A stretch of DNA of 64,000 nucleotides from Candidatus Beckwithbacteria bacterium (lineage in GTDB: Bacteria; Patescibacteriota; Microgenomatia; UBA1400; UBA1449): positions 3,767 to 67,766 of the forward strand of contig JAAZOH010000025.1 in assembly GCA_012797845.1 (NCBI GenBank), read 5' to 3'. The notes under the pieces are model-generated. The model was not told the origin of the DNA. It saw only the letters and a list, made by a program, of their open reading frames with translations, and did no database searches. How positions within the stretch are numbered: the stretch's first letter is position 1; every line of letters begins with the position of its first letter. A program made the position numbers and the translations under genes. Shown here in pieces: positions 7,627 through 18,367 of this stretch.

Positions 7627-8769
7627 TTAAAAAACCTCTTGATAAACCTGCCAGGTTTGAGCAGCTGCTTTTTCCCATGTGTAAGTCTTACTATACTTCA
7701 TGCCTTTTTCAACAATCTTATTCCGCTGCTTATCACCAAGGTTCATAGCTTGCTGCATCAGCTCAAAGAGCTGCTGACTATTATGAGGATCAAAATACCA
7801 AGCATTAGAACCATAAATCTCTGGTAAGCTGCCGGTATTACTACTAATTACCGGGCAAGCACTGGCCATAGCTTCTAATCCTGGTAAACCAAAACCCTCC
7901 ATAAGCGATGGAAAAACATACGCCCTAGCTTGAGCATATAAAAATTTTAATTCTTCATCAGGCACATTGCCGGGCATAACTATATAATTTTCCAGTTTAT
8001 ATTTGGCAATCTGGTCTTTAAGTCTTTGCCAAAAAACGTTTCTGGCACAGGCAATCAAAAGCTGAACCTTGTTATTTTGAGCTTTAAACTGCTTTAAAGC
8101 TTCAAGTAAAACTTCTAAATTTTTACTAGGATAGGCTGAGCCTGTATAAACAAAGTAAGGAGCATTTAACTGATATTTCTTTTGGATTTTTTTTGAAGCC
8201 GCACTTTCCAATGTGAGGTTCAAATTATATGGCTCACTAACCCCCTCATAAACAACTCTAATTTTATCTTTAGCCAGTGGATAATGAACCGCCACCTGAT
8301 CTTTAGTAAACAGCGATGGTGTAATAATACATTCTGATCGTTTAATAGCTTGGCCAATCGTCAACCGGTAACCACCATATTTAAGCCAATAAACTAAACT
8401 GCTTCGGGTTGTTACTGGCTTGCCTTTAAAAAAATGTTTGATCAAATCATGAATAGTGACAATATATGGAGTTTTGGCTAAAACTGGCACATTAAAATGC
8501 ATAAAATGCATGAGGTCTAATTTTTCCTTATCAATTACGCCTCCAAACTGAAGTTGTTCTTTAAGAGAATAGTGAGGAATTTCGGTTTCAACCAGATGAC
8601 AGTTTTTAAGCAAAGCTTTGTCTTCCTGCCATTGGTGACGATTGATAAAGAGCGTAAAGTCGGCTTTATCCTGATATTTATTTAAAAGCGCTAAAACCAA
8701 CTCACGAGTATAGCGGCCCAAACCCGCATGAGTAATACCCCAAAACCGACAATCAAGCCCTATCTTCAT
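7627..8769 (-). CDS. Glycosyltransferase family 4
   Basis: Motif EGFGLPGLEAMASACPVISS, GT-B fold. Confidence 0.8.
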   Translation of the reverse strand: MKIGLDCRFWGITHAGLGRYTRELVLALLNKYQDKADFTLFINRHQWQEDKALLKNCHLVETEIPHYSLKEQLQFGGVIDKEKLDLMHFMHFNVPVLAKTPYIVTIHDLIKHFFKGKPVTTRSSLVYWLKYGGYRLTIGQAIKRSECIITPSLFTKDQVAVHYPLAKDKIRVVYEGVSEPYNLNLTLESAASKKIQKKYQLNAPYFVYTGSAYPSKNLEVLLEALKQFKAQNNKVQLLIACARNVFWQRLKDQIAKYKLENYIVMPGNVPDEELKFLYAQARAYVFPSLMEGFGLPGLEAMASACPVISSNTGSLPEIYGSNAWYFDPHNSQQLFELMQQAMNLGDKQRNKIVEKGMKYSKTYTWEKAAAQTWQVYQEVF

Positions 8770-9625
8770 ATTTGCCTTTCTGCCAATTGATTACTGCAAA
8801 AATCAGCCACATTAAGGGTTTGGGATATGTCTTAGCATAGTGTTTTTTATAAAAAAGCTGCATGGTCTCCCAAAAATAGTAATGGCTTTTACTTTGTTTG
8901 TCTTTTCTGCCTGACTCGCCTTTTAAATGCAAAGCCTGGGAAACAGGGTTAAAAGCAATATTGAATCCTTGTTTTTTAAGCCGTAAACATAAATCAATAT
9001 CCTCAGCATACATAAAATAGCCTTCATCAAATAGACCAACCTGATCTAAAACTTGTTTGCGAATTAGGAAAAAAGCTCCGGAAATTACATCCACTTGATG
9101 AGCTTTGGTCATATCTTTCCAACCCTGATGATAGCCGCCAAATAGTTTGGTTGTTGGAAATAGTTTTTCTAGTTTGGCAAAATAAGTTAGACTTGCCCAA
9201 GGTGTGGGAAAGCCGCGATGACAGGCCGGATCCAGTTTGCCGCTTTGTAAAATCAGCTTACAGGTAGCTGCAGCAAAATCCTGGTTTTTTTCTAAAAAGT
9301 TAAGCTGTTTTTTAATAGTGTCTTTTTCTAAAATTACGTCTGAATTAAGCAGAAGAATATATGTTCCCGAAGCTTTGCGGATACCTTTATTATTACCAGC
9401 CGCAAAACCAGTATTACGGGTATTTTCAATAATGGTCACTTTTATTTGCTTATGATCTTGCTTAAAAGTTTTAAAGGCTTTTGCAGAATCATCACTAGAA
9501 GCATTGTCCACTAAAACTATTTCCCAGCTATACGAGTCAAAGTCACTTTGACAAACCGACTCTAAGCATTTCAGCGTTATATCTTTGGTGTTGTAATTTA
9601 AAATGATAATAGAAATATCAATCAT
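8753..9625 (-). CDS. Glycosyltransferase family 2 (rhamnosyl/glycosyl transferase-like)
   Basis: IIILNYNTKD...VDNASSDDS...LNSDV...YAEDIDLCLR, the GT-A DXD pattern. Confidence 0.8.
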   Translation of the reverse strand: MIDISIIILNYNTKDITLKCLESVCQSDFDSYSWEIVLVDNASSDDSAKAFKTFKQDHKQIKVTIIENTRNTGFAAGNNKGIRKASGTYILLLNSDVILEKDTIKKQLNFLEKNQDFAAATCKLILQSGKLDPACHRGFPTPWASLTYFAKLEKLFPTTKLFGGYHQGWKDMTKAHQVDVISGAFFLIRKQVLDQVGLFDEGYFMYAEDIDLCLRLKKQGFNIAFNPVSQALHLKGESGRKDKQSKSHYYFWETMQLFYKKHYAKTYPKPLMWLIFAVINWQKGKYEDRA

Positions 9626-9626
9626 A

Positions 9627-10823
9627 TTATTTCTTTTTCCCTAATTCTTGATAAATCCGGTCTAGTTCTCTGGAAATCACTGTCCAATCGTAGCGAGACG
9701 AAACCAGGCGTTTACCATTTTGAGCTAGTTTATTTTGCAATTTTTTATCCTGTAAAATTTTGATAGTTTTAGTAGCTAAACCTTCAGCGGTTTCGGCTAC
9801 TAACGCATCTTGGCCTGGCCGGACATCTAAGCCTTCAACACTCAGTGAAGTTCCCACTACTGGCAAGCCCATAGCCATAGCTTCCAAAACTTTATAGCGG
9901 GTTCCTTTACCAGACCGCACTGGAGCTAGTAATACATGAGCCTGGCGATAGGCATCTCGAATATCTTCTATCCCTCCAGAAACAGTAATCGAATCTTGCT
10001 GCCCATAAGCTAGGATTTTTTTGCTCGGCGAAAAACCGACAATATGAAGTTTCGCACCTGGAATTTTAGCAATAATTTTAGGCCAAATTTGTTCCACTAA
10101 AAATTCGACTGCATCGGCATTAGGCAACCATTTAAACGTCCCGACAAATAACACCGTTGGTTGCTGGGGGTTTAATTTTTTGACACTATTAAAAAATTCC
10201 ATATCTACCCCATTGGCTACCACTGCAATATTGAGTTTTTTACCCACTTCTTTTTGAATAAAAACTTTATCATCAGCCGACATAGTCACTAATTTACTGG
10301 CCTGCTGCCAAAAATAGGTTTCCCAACGTTTAATCTTGGCAATATCAATTGAAAGCAGCGGCTTAATCGGCCAAAATTTCACATTGTGGGCATAGCTTTG
10401 ATAGCCCAAATATTCAATCGTTTGTTCTACTAGCAAAATCGGAGTTTTAGTTTTGGGGATATTAGGCATCATGTAAAAAGTCTCCGCATGAATCAGATCG
10501 TATTGATCATTTTTAAGCTCTTGCTCAATAATATGAGAAGCCCGAATCGGCATATTGCGAGTCACTAAAAAAGGGTAAGCCGTCAAACCGGCCAGTAAGA
10601 TATTGCGTGGCGACCAAGGATTTTTAGTCCGTTTCAGCAGCACCACTTTTTTACAAAATTTTTTCAGTTGCGGCAAATATTGACGTTCGCCGTCATCTTT
10701 TATCAGAGAAAAAAGAGTAATTTCGTGATGGTCTTTAAGGTTTTTAAGTAGATTGTAAGTGCGAATCTGTCCACCCGAAAGTAATGGGTAAGGCAGATAT
10801 GGAGTAAGCATCAATATCTTCAT
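9627..10823 (-). CDS. Glycosyltransferase family 4
   Basis: MKILMLTPYLPYP N-terminus and C-terminal GT-B domain with KVLEAMAMGLPVVGT. Confidence 0.75.
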   Translation of the reverse strand: MKILMLTPYLPYPLLSGGQIRTYNLLKNLKDHHEITLFSLIKDDGERQYLPQLKKFCKKVVLLKRTKNPWSPRNILLAGLTAYPFLVTRNMPIRASHIIEQELKNDQYDLIHAETFYMMPNIPKTKTPILLVEQTIEYLGYQSYAHNVKFWPIKPLLSIDIAKIKRWETYFWQQASKLVTMSADDKVFIQKEVGKKLNIAVVANGVDMEFFNSVKKLNPQQPTVLFVGTFKWLPNADAVEFLVEQIWPKIIAKIPGAKLHIVGFSPSKKILAYGQQDSITVSGGIEDIRDAYRQAHVLLAPVRSGKGTRYKVLEAMAMGLPVVGTSLSVEGLDVRPGQDALVAETAEGLATKTIKILQDKKLQNKLAQNGKRLVSSRYDWTVISRELDRIYQELGKKK

Positions 10824-10834
10824 AAAATCCCAAA

Positions 10835-12316
10835 CTACATGCTAATGACGTCTAGAGTCGAAGAATCATCAGGACTAGCTTGCTCTTCCTGACAGGTTTG
10901 GAGATCAATAATTACAAATTTTTCATTTCTAATCAAAGTCTGACACCGATCCAACCAGTAGTTAGTTTGATCATCATAATTGACTGAAACCAGATAATCT
11001 GCCCCATCTTGCTTGATCCACTGCCACATAGTTTCTACGACATCAAAATCAGTCCAACCATTGCGTTGTGTTTGATACAAAAAAGCCGGATCTTTTTGAT
11101 AAGGCGCAATCACCCGCGCATCTTTGGGAGTCAGCTGATCTACTGCTTGGCCTGCTTCAATAATTTCAGGATGATTAATATTAAAAAATCCTCTTGTTTC
11201 ATACCAACCAAAAGCTAGCATTAAAAGCACTAAAACTAAAGCTACAAACCAATTGATCATTTTCCCCATAAAACCGACACCATTTTTAAGTAAGAAATCT
11301 ACTCCCTTGGCCATTAAAACACAACCAACCGGCACTAATGGTAATTGGTAGTAATCGTGAGTTACATTTCCCCGGGCAAAATAGGTCATATAAATAATTA
11401 CTGCCAATAGCCAAAATTCAAAAAACCAACCTTCTTTTTTAATCCGATTACTAACCAAACCAAAGAAAAATAAGACAAAACCACCGGTTGCAAAAATTAG
11501 TCGGTTCATCCGCTCAAAAATCAGCCACCTGAAAAAAGCTCCAGTAAAACGGATATCACCTTGATTAATCAGCCAACCCGAACCAAACATGCCTTCGGGG
11601 TGTTGATTGATATGAAGACGCCATAAAGCCAATGGAATCAAACCTAAGGCTAAAATGATATACAGACCTGGCTTTTTAAAAGCTTTAAGCCGGAAAGCCC
11701 GGATAACCAAATAGCTGGCCGGCAAAAGCAGAACAATAGCATATGGTTTGGTTAGCATCGCCACTGCCCAAGCTAAACCAGTCAAAATAGCATAGCTGAT
11801 TTTTTGTTTATAAACCCACAAACTTAAAAAGTATAAGCTAGCAATAGAAAAACAGATATGCATAGGATCAGGCATCACGACCCGACCGTAATAAATATTG
11901 AAAGGCAAAATAGCAAACAAAACTGCTGCTAAAAATCCCACTCTGGCATTAATCAGTTTTTTGGTCAGAAGATATAAAAAGACAGTTGCTAAGCTAGCAA
12001 AAAAGACTGAAACTAGCCGAGCATAAATAGTATTAATTCCAAACATCTTGTAGAGAATAGCTACAATAGCGTTGTAAACCGGAAATTCATTTAAAAAGTA
12101 GCGCTCCGGATTGGGCAAGCCATTCATGGGTAGATAGTTATGCGCCTTAGGATAAAGTAAATTAATGCCATTTTGAGCCATATCCCGAGCTACTGCTGCC
12201 GTATCTGACTGACGCCAGGAATGCCAGTCAGCAATGGGATTATCGATTTTATAAAGCCGAGGTATAAACGCTAAAACAAAGAGAAATACCAGTACTAATA
12301 TTTGTGAAAGTTTCAT
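10835..12316 (-). CDS. Polytopic membrane protein, putative GT-C-type (ArnT/PMT-like) glycosyltransferase
   Basis: About 12 predicted TM helices. The first extracytoplasmic loop is DNPIADWHSWRQSDTAAVARDM, followed by a C-terminal soluble domain. Confidence 0.4.
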   Translation of the reverse strand: MKLSQILVLVFLFVLAFIPRLYKIDNPIADWHSWRQSDTAAVARDMAQNGINLLYPKAHNYLPMNGLPNPERYFLNEFPVYNAIVAILYKMFGINTIYARLVSVFFASLATVFLYLLTKKLINARVGFLAAVLFAILPFNIYYGRVVMPDPMHICFSIASLYFLSLWVYKQKISYAILTGLAWAVAMLTKPYAIVLLLPASYLVIRAFRLKAFKKPGLYIILALGLIPLALWRLHINQHPEGMFGSGWLINQGDIRFTGAFFRWLIFERMNRLIFATGGFVLFFFGLVSNRIKKEGWFFEFWLLAVIIYMTYFARGNVTHDYYQLPLVPVGCVLMAKGVDFLLKNGVGFMGKMINWFVALVLVLLMLAFGWYETRGFFNINHPEIIEAGQAVDQLTPKDARVIAPYQKDPAFLYQTQRNGWTDFDVVETMWQWIKQDGADYLVSVNYDDQTNYWLDRCQTLIRNEKFVIIDLQTCQEEQASPDDSSTLDVISM

Positions 12317-12318
12317 AA

Positions 12319-13932
12319 CTACTTTGTTTTTTTATGATTTTTTTTATCTTTAAGTGTCAGCAAAGCTAATGCCAAAAATAACCCCATAAAAGACCAATAA
12401 GAATACGCTACTTTAGAAGACTCAAACACATCAATATACATAGCATTGATAATAAGTCCGATACTAATACCAATACCGGCTGCAAAGAGTCCATAATAGA
12501 GTGGTTCGGAACTTTTTCTAAAAGCTTTGTAAAAAATGGCAATTGAAAGCCCAAAGATAGACATAAAAGTAATAAAGCCCAAAAGTCCTGTTTCACCCAA
12601 AAGTCGTAAATAGTCATTATCAGTTGATTCGGCTGGAGTTTGTTCCCAAACCACAGCTTTGACCAAGGTTGAATAACCAGTCCCTAAAAGCGGATTTGTC
12701 TTAAAAGCAGCAATAGCTCTGGGCCAAAGAGTATCTAATCTAATACCAGTTGATAGACCATACTTTAAGGCATTTTCTGAGTAATCTGCATGAACCACGG
12801 CTGAAGCAGTAGCTTCGGCTGAACTTGTCGCTTCTTGTACATAAGGGTCTTCATATACATCGTCTGGACGAGCTTTAACTTGAGCAGCAACTGGAGTAGG
12901 AGTTGGCTTAACTGGAGATGGTGGTACATCTGATTGAGAAGCTACCATGGCCAGTTGTTCTTCCAAGGGAATGTCATCTCGAAGCTCAATCGCATCTGGT
13001 GGAGGCGGCCTTAGGGCTTTATTAAAATCAGTTTTTAAATCTTGTAGTTTAATAACCTGAGCAAAACGCTCTGACATCGGCCCAATGGTTAGCATGATAG
13101 ACATTGAAACAAAAACAATAATAAATAAACGTTTACCAGCCCAAAACCAACCCTTTTTAAAAGCTAAGAATAGAAACAAAATAGATACCGAAGCCAAAAA
13201 AGCCATAAACGAAGTTCGCGAAGCTGTCAAATTAAGCAACCAATATTCACACAGAGCGATAAATAATAGAATAGCTGACAACCACCATTTTTTGATCGTA
13301 AAAGCTATACCAATAACAATAGTCAGCGTTAGCATAATATAAGCTGCTAGATCATAGTGACCACCAAAGGTTGATAAAACCCGGGCATGCTCAGAAAGAT
13401 ACAAAACGATTCCTTTGGAAAACTCCCGATTCATAGTTGAATACGCTGGCCAATAGAGGTATTTCTGGCCAAAACCATAGACAAACACCCCTACTACTGT
13501 GCCCACTAAAGCCGTCAGGTAGTATTTGATCTGTTCCTTAGTAGAGATAGCGCTATAGAAAATGAAAAACAGTGAAAAATACTCAATTCTTCTAAAGTAG
13601 TGTAGATACAGTTTGAGAATTTGGTAGGTTTCGGTGGTAACTGTCTGGGTAATAAAAATAGCTGACAGCGTTGATAAAAGTCCAACTACTAAATAAGCCA
13701 GGATTGGTTTAAATAGCGGAATTTCTTTCAGCTTTATCTTGCCTCGCAAAACATAAATTCCCCAAATTAAAAATGAGAACAAAACTAAAAAATCCTCAAG
13801 TCTAATCCGGACAATATATCCAGGCAAGACATCAAACATAGGCCATTTAGGATAGAGCGGAATAAATACAATCAGCATCAAACTGATAGCAAAGAGCAAA
13901 TTGTCATCAATTAATTTAAGGATTTTGTTCAT
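12319..13932 (-). CDS. O-antigen ligase/Wzy_C-family membrane protein with an inserted Pro-rich extracytoplasmic linker
   Basis: Multi-TM protein with a Wzy_C-like core (ASRTSFMAFLASVSI) and the C-terminal DNDYLRLLGETGLLGF motif typical of O-antigen ligase/polymerase proteins. Confidence 0.5.
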   Translation of the reverse strand: MNKILKLIDDNLLFAISLMLIVFIPLYPKWPMFDVLPGYIVRIRLEDFLVLFSFLIWGIYVLRGKIKLKEIPLFKPILAYLVVGLLSTLSAIFITQTVTTETYQILKLYLHYFRRIEYFSLFFIFYSAISTKEQIKYYLTALVGTVVGVFVYGFGQKYLYWPAYSTMNREFSKGIVLYLSEHARVLSTFGGHYDLAAYIMLTLTIVIGIAFTIKKWWLSAILLFIALCEYWLLNLTASRTSFMAFLASVSILFLFLAFKKGWFWAGKRLFIIVFVSMSIMLTIGPMSERFAQVIKLQDLKTDFNKALRPPPPDAIELRDDIPLEEQLAMVASQSDVPPSPVKPTPTPVAAQVKARPDDVYEDPYVQEATSSAEATASAVVHADYSENALKYGLSTGIRLDTLWPRAIAAFKTNPLLGTGYSTLVKAVVWEQTPAESTDNDYLRLLGETGLLGFITFMSIFGLSIAIFYKAFRKSSEPLYYGLFAAGIGISIGLIINAMYIDVFESSKVAYSYWSFMGLFLALALLTLKDKKNHKKTK

Positions 13933-14833
13933 AGTTTTTTGAATTTTCCAGCAAAGCCCTATACACCTTAGCTTTGTCTGGGCTTATGATAGCAAAAAGG
14001 ACGCTGCGCAACAACGCCCCCCACTGCAAAGCAGCTGCCAAACTATCTCGTTTTTTAGGAAAATGTTTTTGATAAAAGTGCCACAATCCCTGATATTCCC
14101 CTTGAATAGCTTTGGCAAAACCATCTTGCGAAGAACCACCTTTAGCATGAACTAGCTTTATATTAGGATCAAAAATAATATTGGTGTTTTGTTTTTTAGC
14201 CCGAAAACATAAGTCAACTTCTTCACCATACATAAAGATTGATTCATCAAAACCACCAATGTTATTAAACAATTCTTTCGGCATTAACATAAAGGCTCCA
14301 GTCACCCAATCAACACTACGTCTTTTTTTATAAAAACTGGCTCGACTTTCCTGATAAGATTTGAGTAGTGAATCAATAATTGGCAGGTCATCAACAAACA
14401 GCATCTGCAACCAAACTCGGATAAGTGTCGGAGCAAAACCAGCTGAAGCTTGAATGCTTTGATCGCTATTTAATAGTTGGGCGCCAATAATTGTATTGGT
14501 AAAATTTTCTTTTTTATCGCTTTGTTTTAATAAAAATGTTTGTAAAGAATTATCAATCAAATAGGCATCGGAGTTTAGCAACAAAATCAAATCACCACTG
14601 GCCTTAGCTACTCCCTGATTATTAGCAGCTCCAAATCCAACATTCTTTTTATTGGCTATGATTGTAACTTTAGGAAAATTCTTTTTGACATATGCTACCG
14701 AGTCATCACTTGAGGCATTATCAACCACAACAACTTCAAATTCAATCTTGGGCAAGTATGTGTAAAGAGAATTTAAACATGTATCCAAAAGCGCTTTGGT
14801 ATTGTAGCTGGTAATGATAATTGAAAGTTTCAT
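13916..14833 (-). CDS. Glycosyltransferase family 2
   Basis: MKLSIIITSYNTK...VVVDNASSDDS...LLNSDA...YGEEVDLCFR. Confidence 0.8.
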   Translation of the reverse strand: MKLSIIITSYNTKALLDTCLNSLYTYLPKIEFEVVVVDNASSDDSVAYVKKNFPKVTIIANKKNVGFGAANNQGVAKASGDLILLLNSDAYLIDNSLQTFLLKQSDKKENFTNTIIGAQLLNSDQSIQASAGFAPTLIRVWLQMLFVDDLPIIDSLLKSYQESRASFYKKRRSVDWVTGAFMLMPKELFNNIGGFDESIFMYGEEVDLCFRAKKQNTNIIFDPNIKLVHAKGGSSQDGFAKAIQGEYQGLWHFYQKHFPKKRDSLAAALQWGALLRSVLFAIISPDKAKVYRALLENSKNYEQNP

Positions 14834-15285
14834 GAAGACTTCGTTTTTACTACCCAGGTTCGGGCGACTAAATCTTGCAGGGCTCGGTTTTTGAAATCAA
14901 TTACCATAATCAAAATAAATAATCCGGTACACATAAGCGGAGCATACCAAGCATTACCGGTAAATTGCAATAAGGCGTAGAGTAATACTAAACTGGCAAT
15001 AGCATTGGTTAAAGACATAACAACAATCTGCGGCAGAATGAGTCTGCCATGAAGAGCCACAACTTTGATTTTAAATATTTTTTTACCTAAAGTTGCTCCA
15101 CTATTTAGGTAAGTTAACCCCGCATCATAGACTAAAAAAATTGACAAACCTAGCATTTGTTCAGCCATAGTATTTTTCACTGCAAAAAATAAAATAAAGG
15201 ACAGTAAAGCAATAATACAGCCATCAATTACATCAGCTAGAAAACGTTTATACACCGGGGCTTTGGACAGATTTTGTTTTTTCAT
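14830..15285 (-). CDS. RDD-family membrane protein
   Basis: RFLADVIDGCIIALLSF...GATLGKKIFKIKVV...ALQDLVARTWVVK pattern of PF06271. Confidence 0.55.
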   Translation of the reverse strand: MKKQNLSKAPVYKRFLADVIDGCIIALLSFILFFAVKNTMAEQMLGLSIFLVYDAGLTYLNSGATLGKKIFKIKVVALHGRLILPQIVVMSLTNAIASLVLLYALLQFTGNAWYAPLMCTGLFILIMVIDFKNRALQDLVARTWVVKTKSS

Positions 15286-15288
15286 ACG

Positions 15289-15885
15289 TTATTGAAAAAG
15301 CCTAGCTCTACCTAAAGTATATGCTAATTTTTGTTCTTTGCGCATCCGGATTTTTTTAGCTGGCACTCCTCCAACCACCGTCATTTCTGGTACGTCTTCG
15401 GCAACCACTGCTCCAGCCGCTACTATGGCTCCTTTACCAATCGTTACACCTGGTAAAATAATGGCTCTTGGCCCAATAAAAACATAATCATGAATAATAA
15501 CCGACTTTTCAATGGGCTTAAAATCAAAACTATCAATATCATGTTGACTGTTGTAAATCATCACCTCAGAAGCAATATCCACATGATTGCCAATTTGCAG
15601 CTTGTCCCGACCATCTAAAAAAGCCCGCATACCAATAATTGTGTCTTCGCCAATGGTGATATTGGCAGGTTTGAAAAAATTAGCCTTAATATGGATAACA
15701 GAGCCTTTGCCGATTTTGATTCCAGCTAGCACGTAGAAAAATTTGCGAAACCAAAACAAAGGCACGCAACTCACAAAACGAAGTATCATCAGCTCAAAAT
15801 CTAAAATCCAATTATAAAAACGGTTGATAATTTTGTGGCCAGCTTCTTGATTTGATAATGGTCGACCCATGCGATCTTTAAACAT
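15289..15885 (-). CDS. Hexapeptide-repeat (left-handed beta-helix) O-acetyltransferase, WcaF/WbbJ-like
   Basis: Repeated [LIV]G-x-x-x-x hexapeptides: IGEDTIIGMRAFLDG, IGNHVDIASEVMI, IGPRAIILPGVTIGKGAIVAAGAVV. Confidence 0.75.
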   Translation of the reverse strand: MFKDRMGRPLSNQEAGHKIINRFYNWILDFELMILRFVSCVPLFWFRKFFYVLAGIKIGKGSVIHIKANFFKPANITIGEDTIIGMRAFLDGRDKLQIGNHVDIASEVMIYNSQHDIDSFDFKPIEKSVIIHDYVFIGPRAIILPGVTIGKGAIVAAGAVVAEDVPEMTVVGGVPAKKIRMRKEQKLAYTLGRARLFQ

Positions 15886-15887
15886 AA

Positions 15888-17027
15888 TTATTTCCTAGCA
15901 AGATGCTCTAAAACTGTTAAGGTTTTTTGAGCGCAATCTTGCCAGGTAAATTTTAGAGCTTGAGCTCTACCTTTAGCCTGAATTTCTTTCAATCTATTCA
16001 CTGATAATTGTAACACGGACGAGGTAACTTGAGCGATATTTTGGGCGGATTTAGGATCGTCAATATAAAAAGCTGCCTCGCCTCCGACTTCTGGTAAACT
16101 GGAAACCCGGCTTACAATTACTGGTACATCTAAAGCCATAGCTTCTAAAACCGGCAAGCCAAAGCCTTCATACAGACTTGGCAAGATAAAAGCCTGAGCA
16201 TGCCGCAATAGCTCATATTTTTCAAAATTACTCACATAGCCAGTAAAAATAACTTCGCTGCGAAGTTTTAAATTTTTGACTTTAGTAAAAATCTCATCAT
16301 AAAGCCAACCTTTTTTTCCAACAATGACTAGCTTCAACTTAGGAAATTGTTTTTTTAAAATAGTAAAACTATCAAGCAAAGCACTTATATTTTTTCTTGG
16401 CTGTAGTGTGCCCACATAAATTAGATACGGCCTGGTAATTCCCAAGTAGGCCTGCAAGTTTTTAAAACTATTGTCTCCTGGTTTTTTAGAAACTTTTAAC
16501 GATAAACCCGGATAGGTAACCGTAATTTTTTCTGGATTAATTCGGTAATGTTTGACAATATCATCTTTAGTGCTTTGAGAAATGGCCAGAATATGACTGG
16601 CTTTTTTAACAGATCTCCTAGTCCATGCCTTAAGCTGCCTTAAATCACTCCCTCTAAAATCATCAGGAAACATAAGATAAGCCAAATCCATAATGGTCAC
16701 TACAGTCGGAACTGATGAAAACCGAGGGCTATAATGACCAGGCGAAAAATATATGTCAGGAGCTTTACCAGATAATTTTTCCAAGGTAAGTTCCAATGGT
16801 AAGCGCCACTGTGTCCAGGCTAAACTTGGCCCAAAGGTCTTATAATCCCAATTCGTCAATATGCCCGGTAATGTAGTTTGCCGGTCTTGCTTTAAATACA
16901 CTCGAACCTGTTTAGTTTTATCTACTCTAATCAGCTCATGCAAAGCCGACAATAATTCGTAAGCGTAGACATTGGAACCGACGCGGTTCTGGACATTGGC
17001 TTCATTGCCATCTATTCCTATGATCAT
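15888..17027 (-). CDS. Glycosyltransferase family 4
   Basis: YEGFGLPVLEAMALDVPVIVS motif. Confidence 0.8.
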   Translation of the reverse strand: MIIGIDGNEANVQNRVGSNVYAYELLSALHELIRVDKTKQVRVYLKQDRQTTLPGILTNWDYKTFGPSLAWTQWRLPLELTLEKLSGKAPDIYFSPGHYSPRFSSVPTVVTIMDLAYLMFPDDFRGSDLRQLKAWTRRSVKKASHILAISQSTKDDIVKHYRINPEKITVTYPGLSLKVSKKPGDNSFKNLQAYLGITRPYLIYVGTLQPRKNISALLDSFTILKKQFPKLKLVIVGKKGWLYDEIFTKVKNLKLRSEVIFTGYVSNFEKYELLRHAQAFILPSLYEGFGLPVLEAMALDVPVIVSRVSSLPEVGGEAAFYIDDPKSAQNIAQVTSSVLQLSVNRLKEIQAKGRAQALKFTWQDCAQKTLTVLEHLARK

Positions 17028-18367
17028 AGTTTTATGTTTAGTTTATCGTAAATATTGGCCAGAACCAACGGCAGGCTTAAAAAAACTATTGGCATATACA
17101 AAACTCCCCAAGCGTGATTCCAATGGCTGGTTCCGATTACTAGATAAGAAATTGGCAAAATAAAATATGGCAAAAACCAAGCACTATATTTTTGCAAAGA
17201 AAGTAATAGGCCAACAATAGCCACAAGATAAATTCCTAAAAAAATTCTAAAGGCATAAAGTAGATATTCCCAAGAACCAAAAGCAAACGTAGTCATAAAA
17301 AGCGCGGCGCCTTCACCATGAAAGCGAAGTTTAAATGTCGAAGCGTTTTTAGCTAGTGGCACTAGCTGAGCTATTTCAAAAGTATGAATGATAAGCATTC
17401 CTGAAAAAGCCAAAACCGGAATCATATAGGCAAAACGCTTAGGCCATTTTTTGACCAGAGCTATCAAAGCAATGAGACCAATCGGAATCAACAGTAATTC
17501 CCGACTACAAACAGCTAAACTGAGCAGCAAAACTGTTAGCCAAGTTTTTTGTTTTATAAAAGCCCAACTAGCCCAAAGCGTAAAGCTAATTGCCCACCAT
17601 TCGATTTGCAACATAGTCCAATCTCTAGCCGCAAAATGCAGATAAGGCAATAAAAGATAAGGAAAAACAATTGAGACAAACTGGAGCTTAGCCGGCAAAA
17701 GTTGTTTAGCAATTTCATAGATGGCTATTAAATTTAAACTAAACATGAGTAATAATTCAAAATGGATGGCCAGACCATTTTGAATAGGAATCAAACGCCA
17801 CAAATAAAAAACTGTTGGCAGACGCCATCCCCAAACATCGCGAGGCCCTTGTGTAGGCACACTGTGATATTTGAAAGCTTCCAGATGAGCTTGGTAATAA
17901 TTTTGTTTTTCCATGTTGTAATAGGTTTTTAAATACAAACCCATATCATGGGTATAGGTACCATTTTGAGGATTGGCACTAAGGTAAGTTCGCAGTTGAC
18001 TAGAATTTTGCCAGCTAGTTAATAGAAAAACTAACAAAAGTCCTGTCAATAAAATTTGAGGATATTTTTTAAGGTAAGCATAACTAATTGAAACCAAGCT
18101 AAGAACTAAACCAGCTATAAGCAAAATAGGAAGTGCTTTAATTTCAAGATTGGCAAATTGCTGGTCAGCCAAATACGCTAGTCCTACACCAATAAAATAA
18201 AACCATAGAGGTAGTTTTAGTTTTTTTAAAAAAAACAGTAAAAGTGTCAAAGAACCGGCTAACCCTAGATACATATCAAATTGGCCATTGGGATTAACTA
18301 ACCCTAAAAAAACTAGGGCTAAAAGAGCAAATTTTAAAATTATAGTTTTATATTTATTTTTACTCAT
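17024..18367 (-). CDS. Polytopic membrane protein of unknown function (AT-rich; candidate polymerase or GT-C-like protein)
   Basis: At least 10 hydrophobic helices and no soluble catalytic domain recognisable. Confidence 0.35.
   Translation of the reverse strand: MSKNKYKTIILKFALLALVFLGLVNPNGQFDMYLGLAGSLTLLLFFLKKLKLPLWFYFIGVGLAYLADQQFANLEIKALPILLIAGLVLSLVSISYAYLKKYPQILLTGLLLVFLLTSWQNSSQLRTYLSANPQNGTYTHDMGLYLKTYYNMEKQNYYQAHLEAFKYHSVPTQGPRDVWGWRLPTVFYLWRLIPIQNGLAIHFELLLMFSLNLIAIYEIAKQLLPAKLQFVSIVFPYLLLPYLHFAARDWTMLQIEWWAISFTLWASWAFIKQKTWLTVLLLSLAVCSRELLLIPIGLIALIALVKKWPKRFAYMIPVLAFSGMLIIHTFEIAQLVPLAKNASTFKLRFHGEGAALFMTTFAFGSWEYLLYAFRIFLGIYLVAIVGLLLSLQKYSAWFLPYFILPISYLVIGTSHWNHAWGVLYMPIVFLSLPLVLANIYDKLNIKL

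Noticed and set aside
14018-14025. G6/C6 homopolymer inside the GT2 gene 13916..14833, and several A8 tracts in coding regions (e.g. 30888, 41691, 53268, 58612, 60583), considered as slipped-strand phase-variation sites
   Set aside because: The tracts are short (6-8 nt). A-runs of this length are expected at background frequency in a genome of this AT content. No tract reaches the length associated with phase variation.
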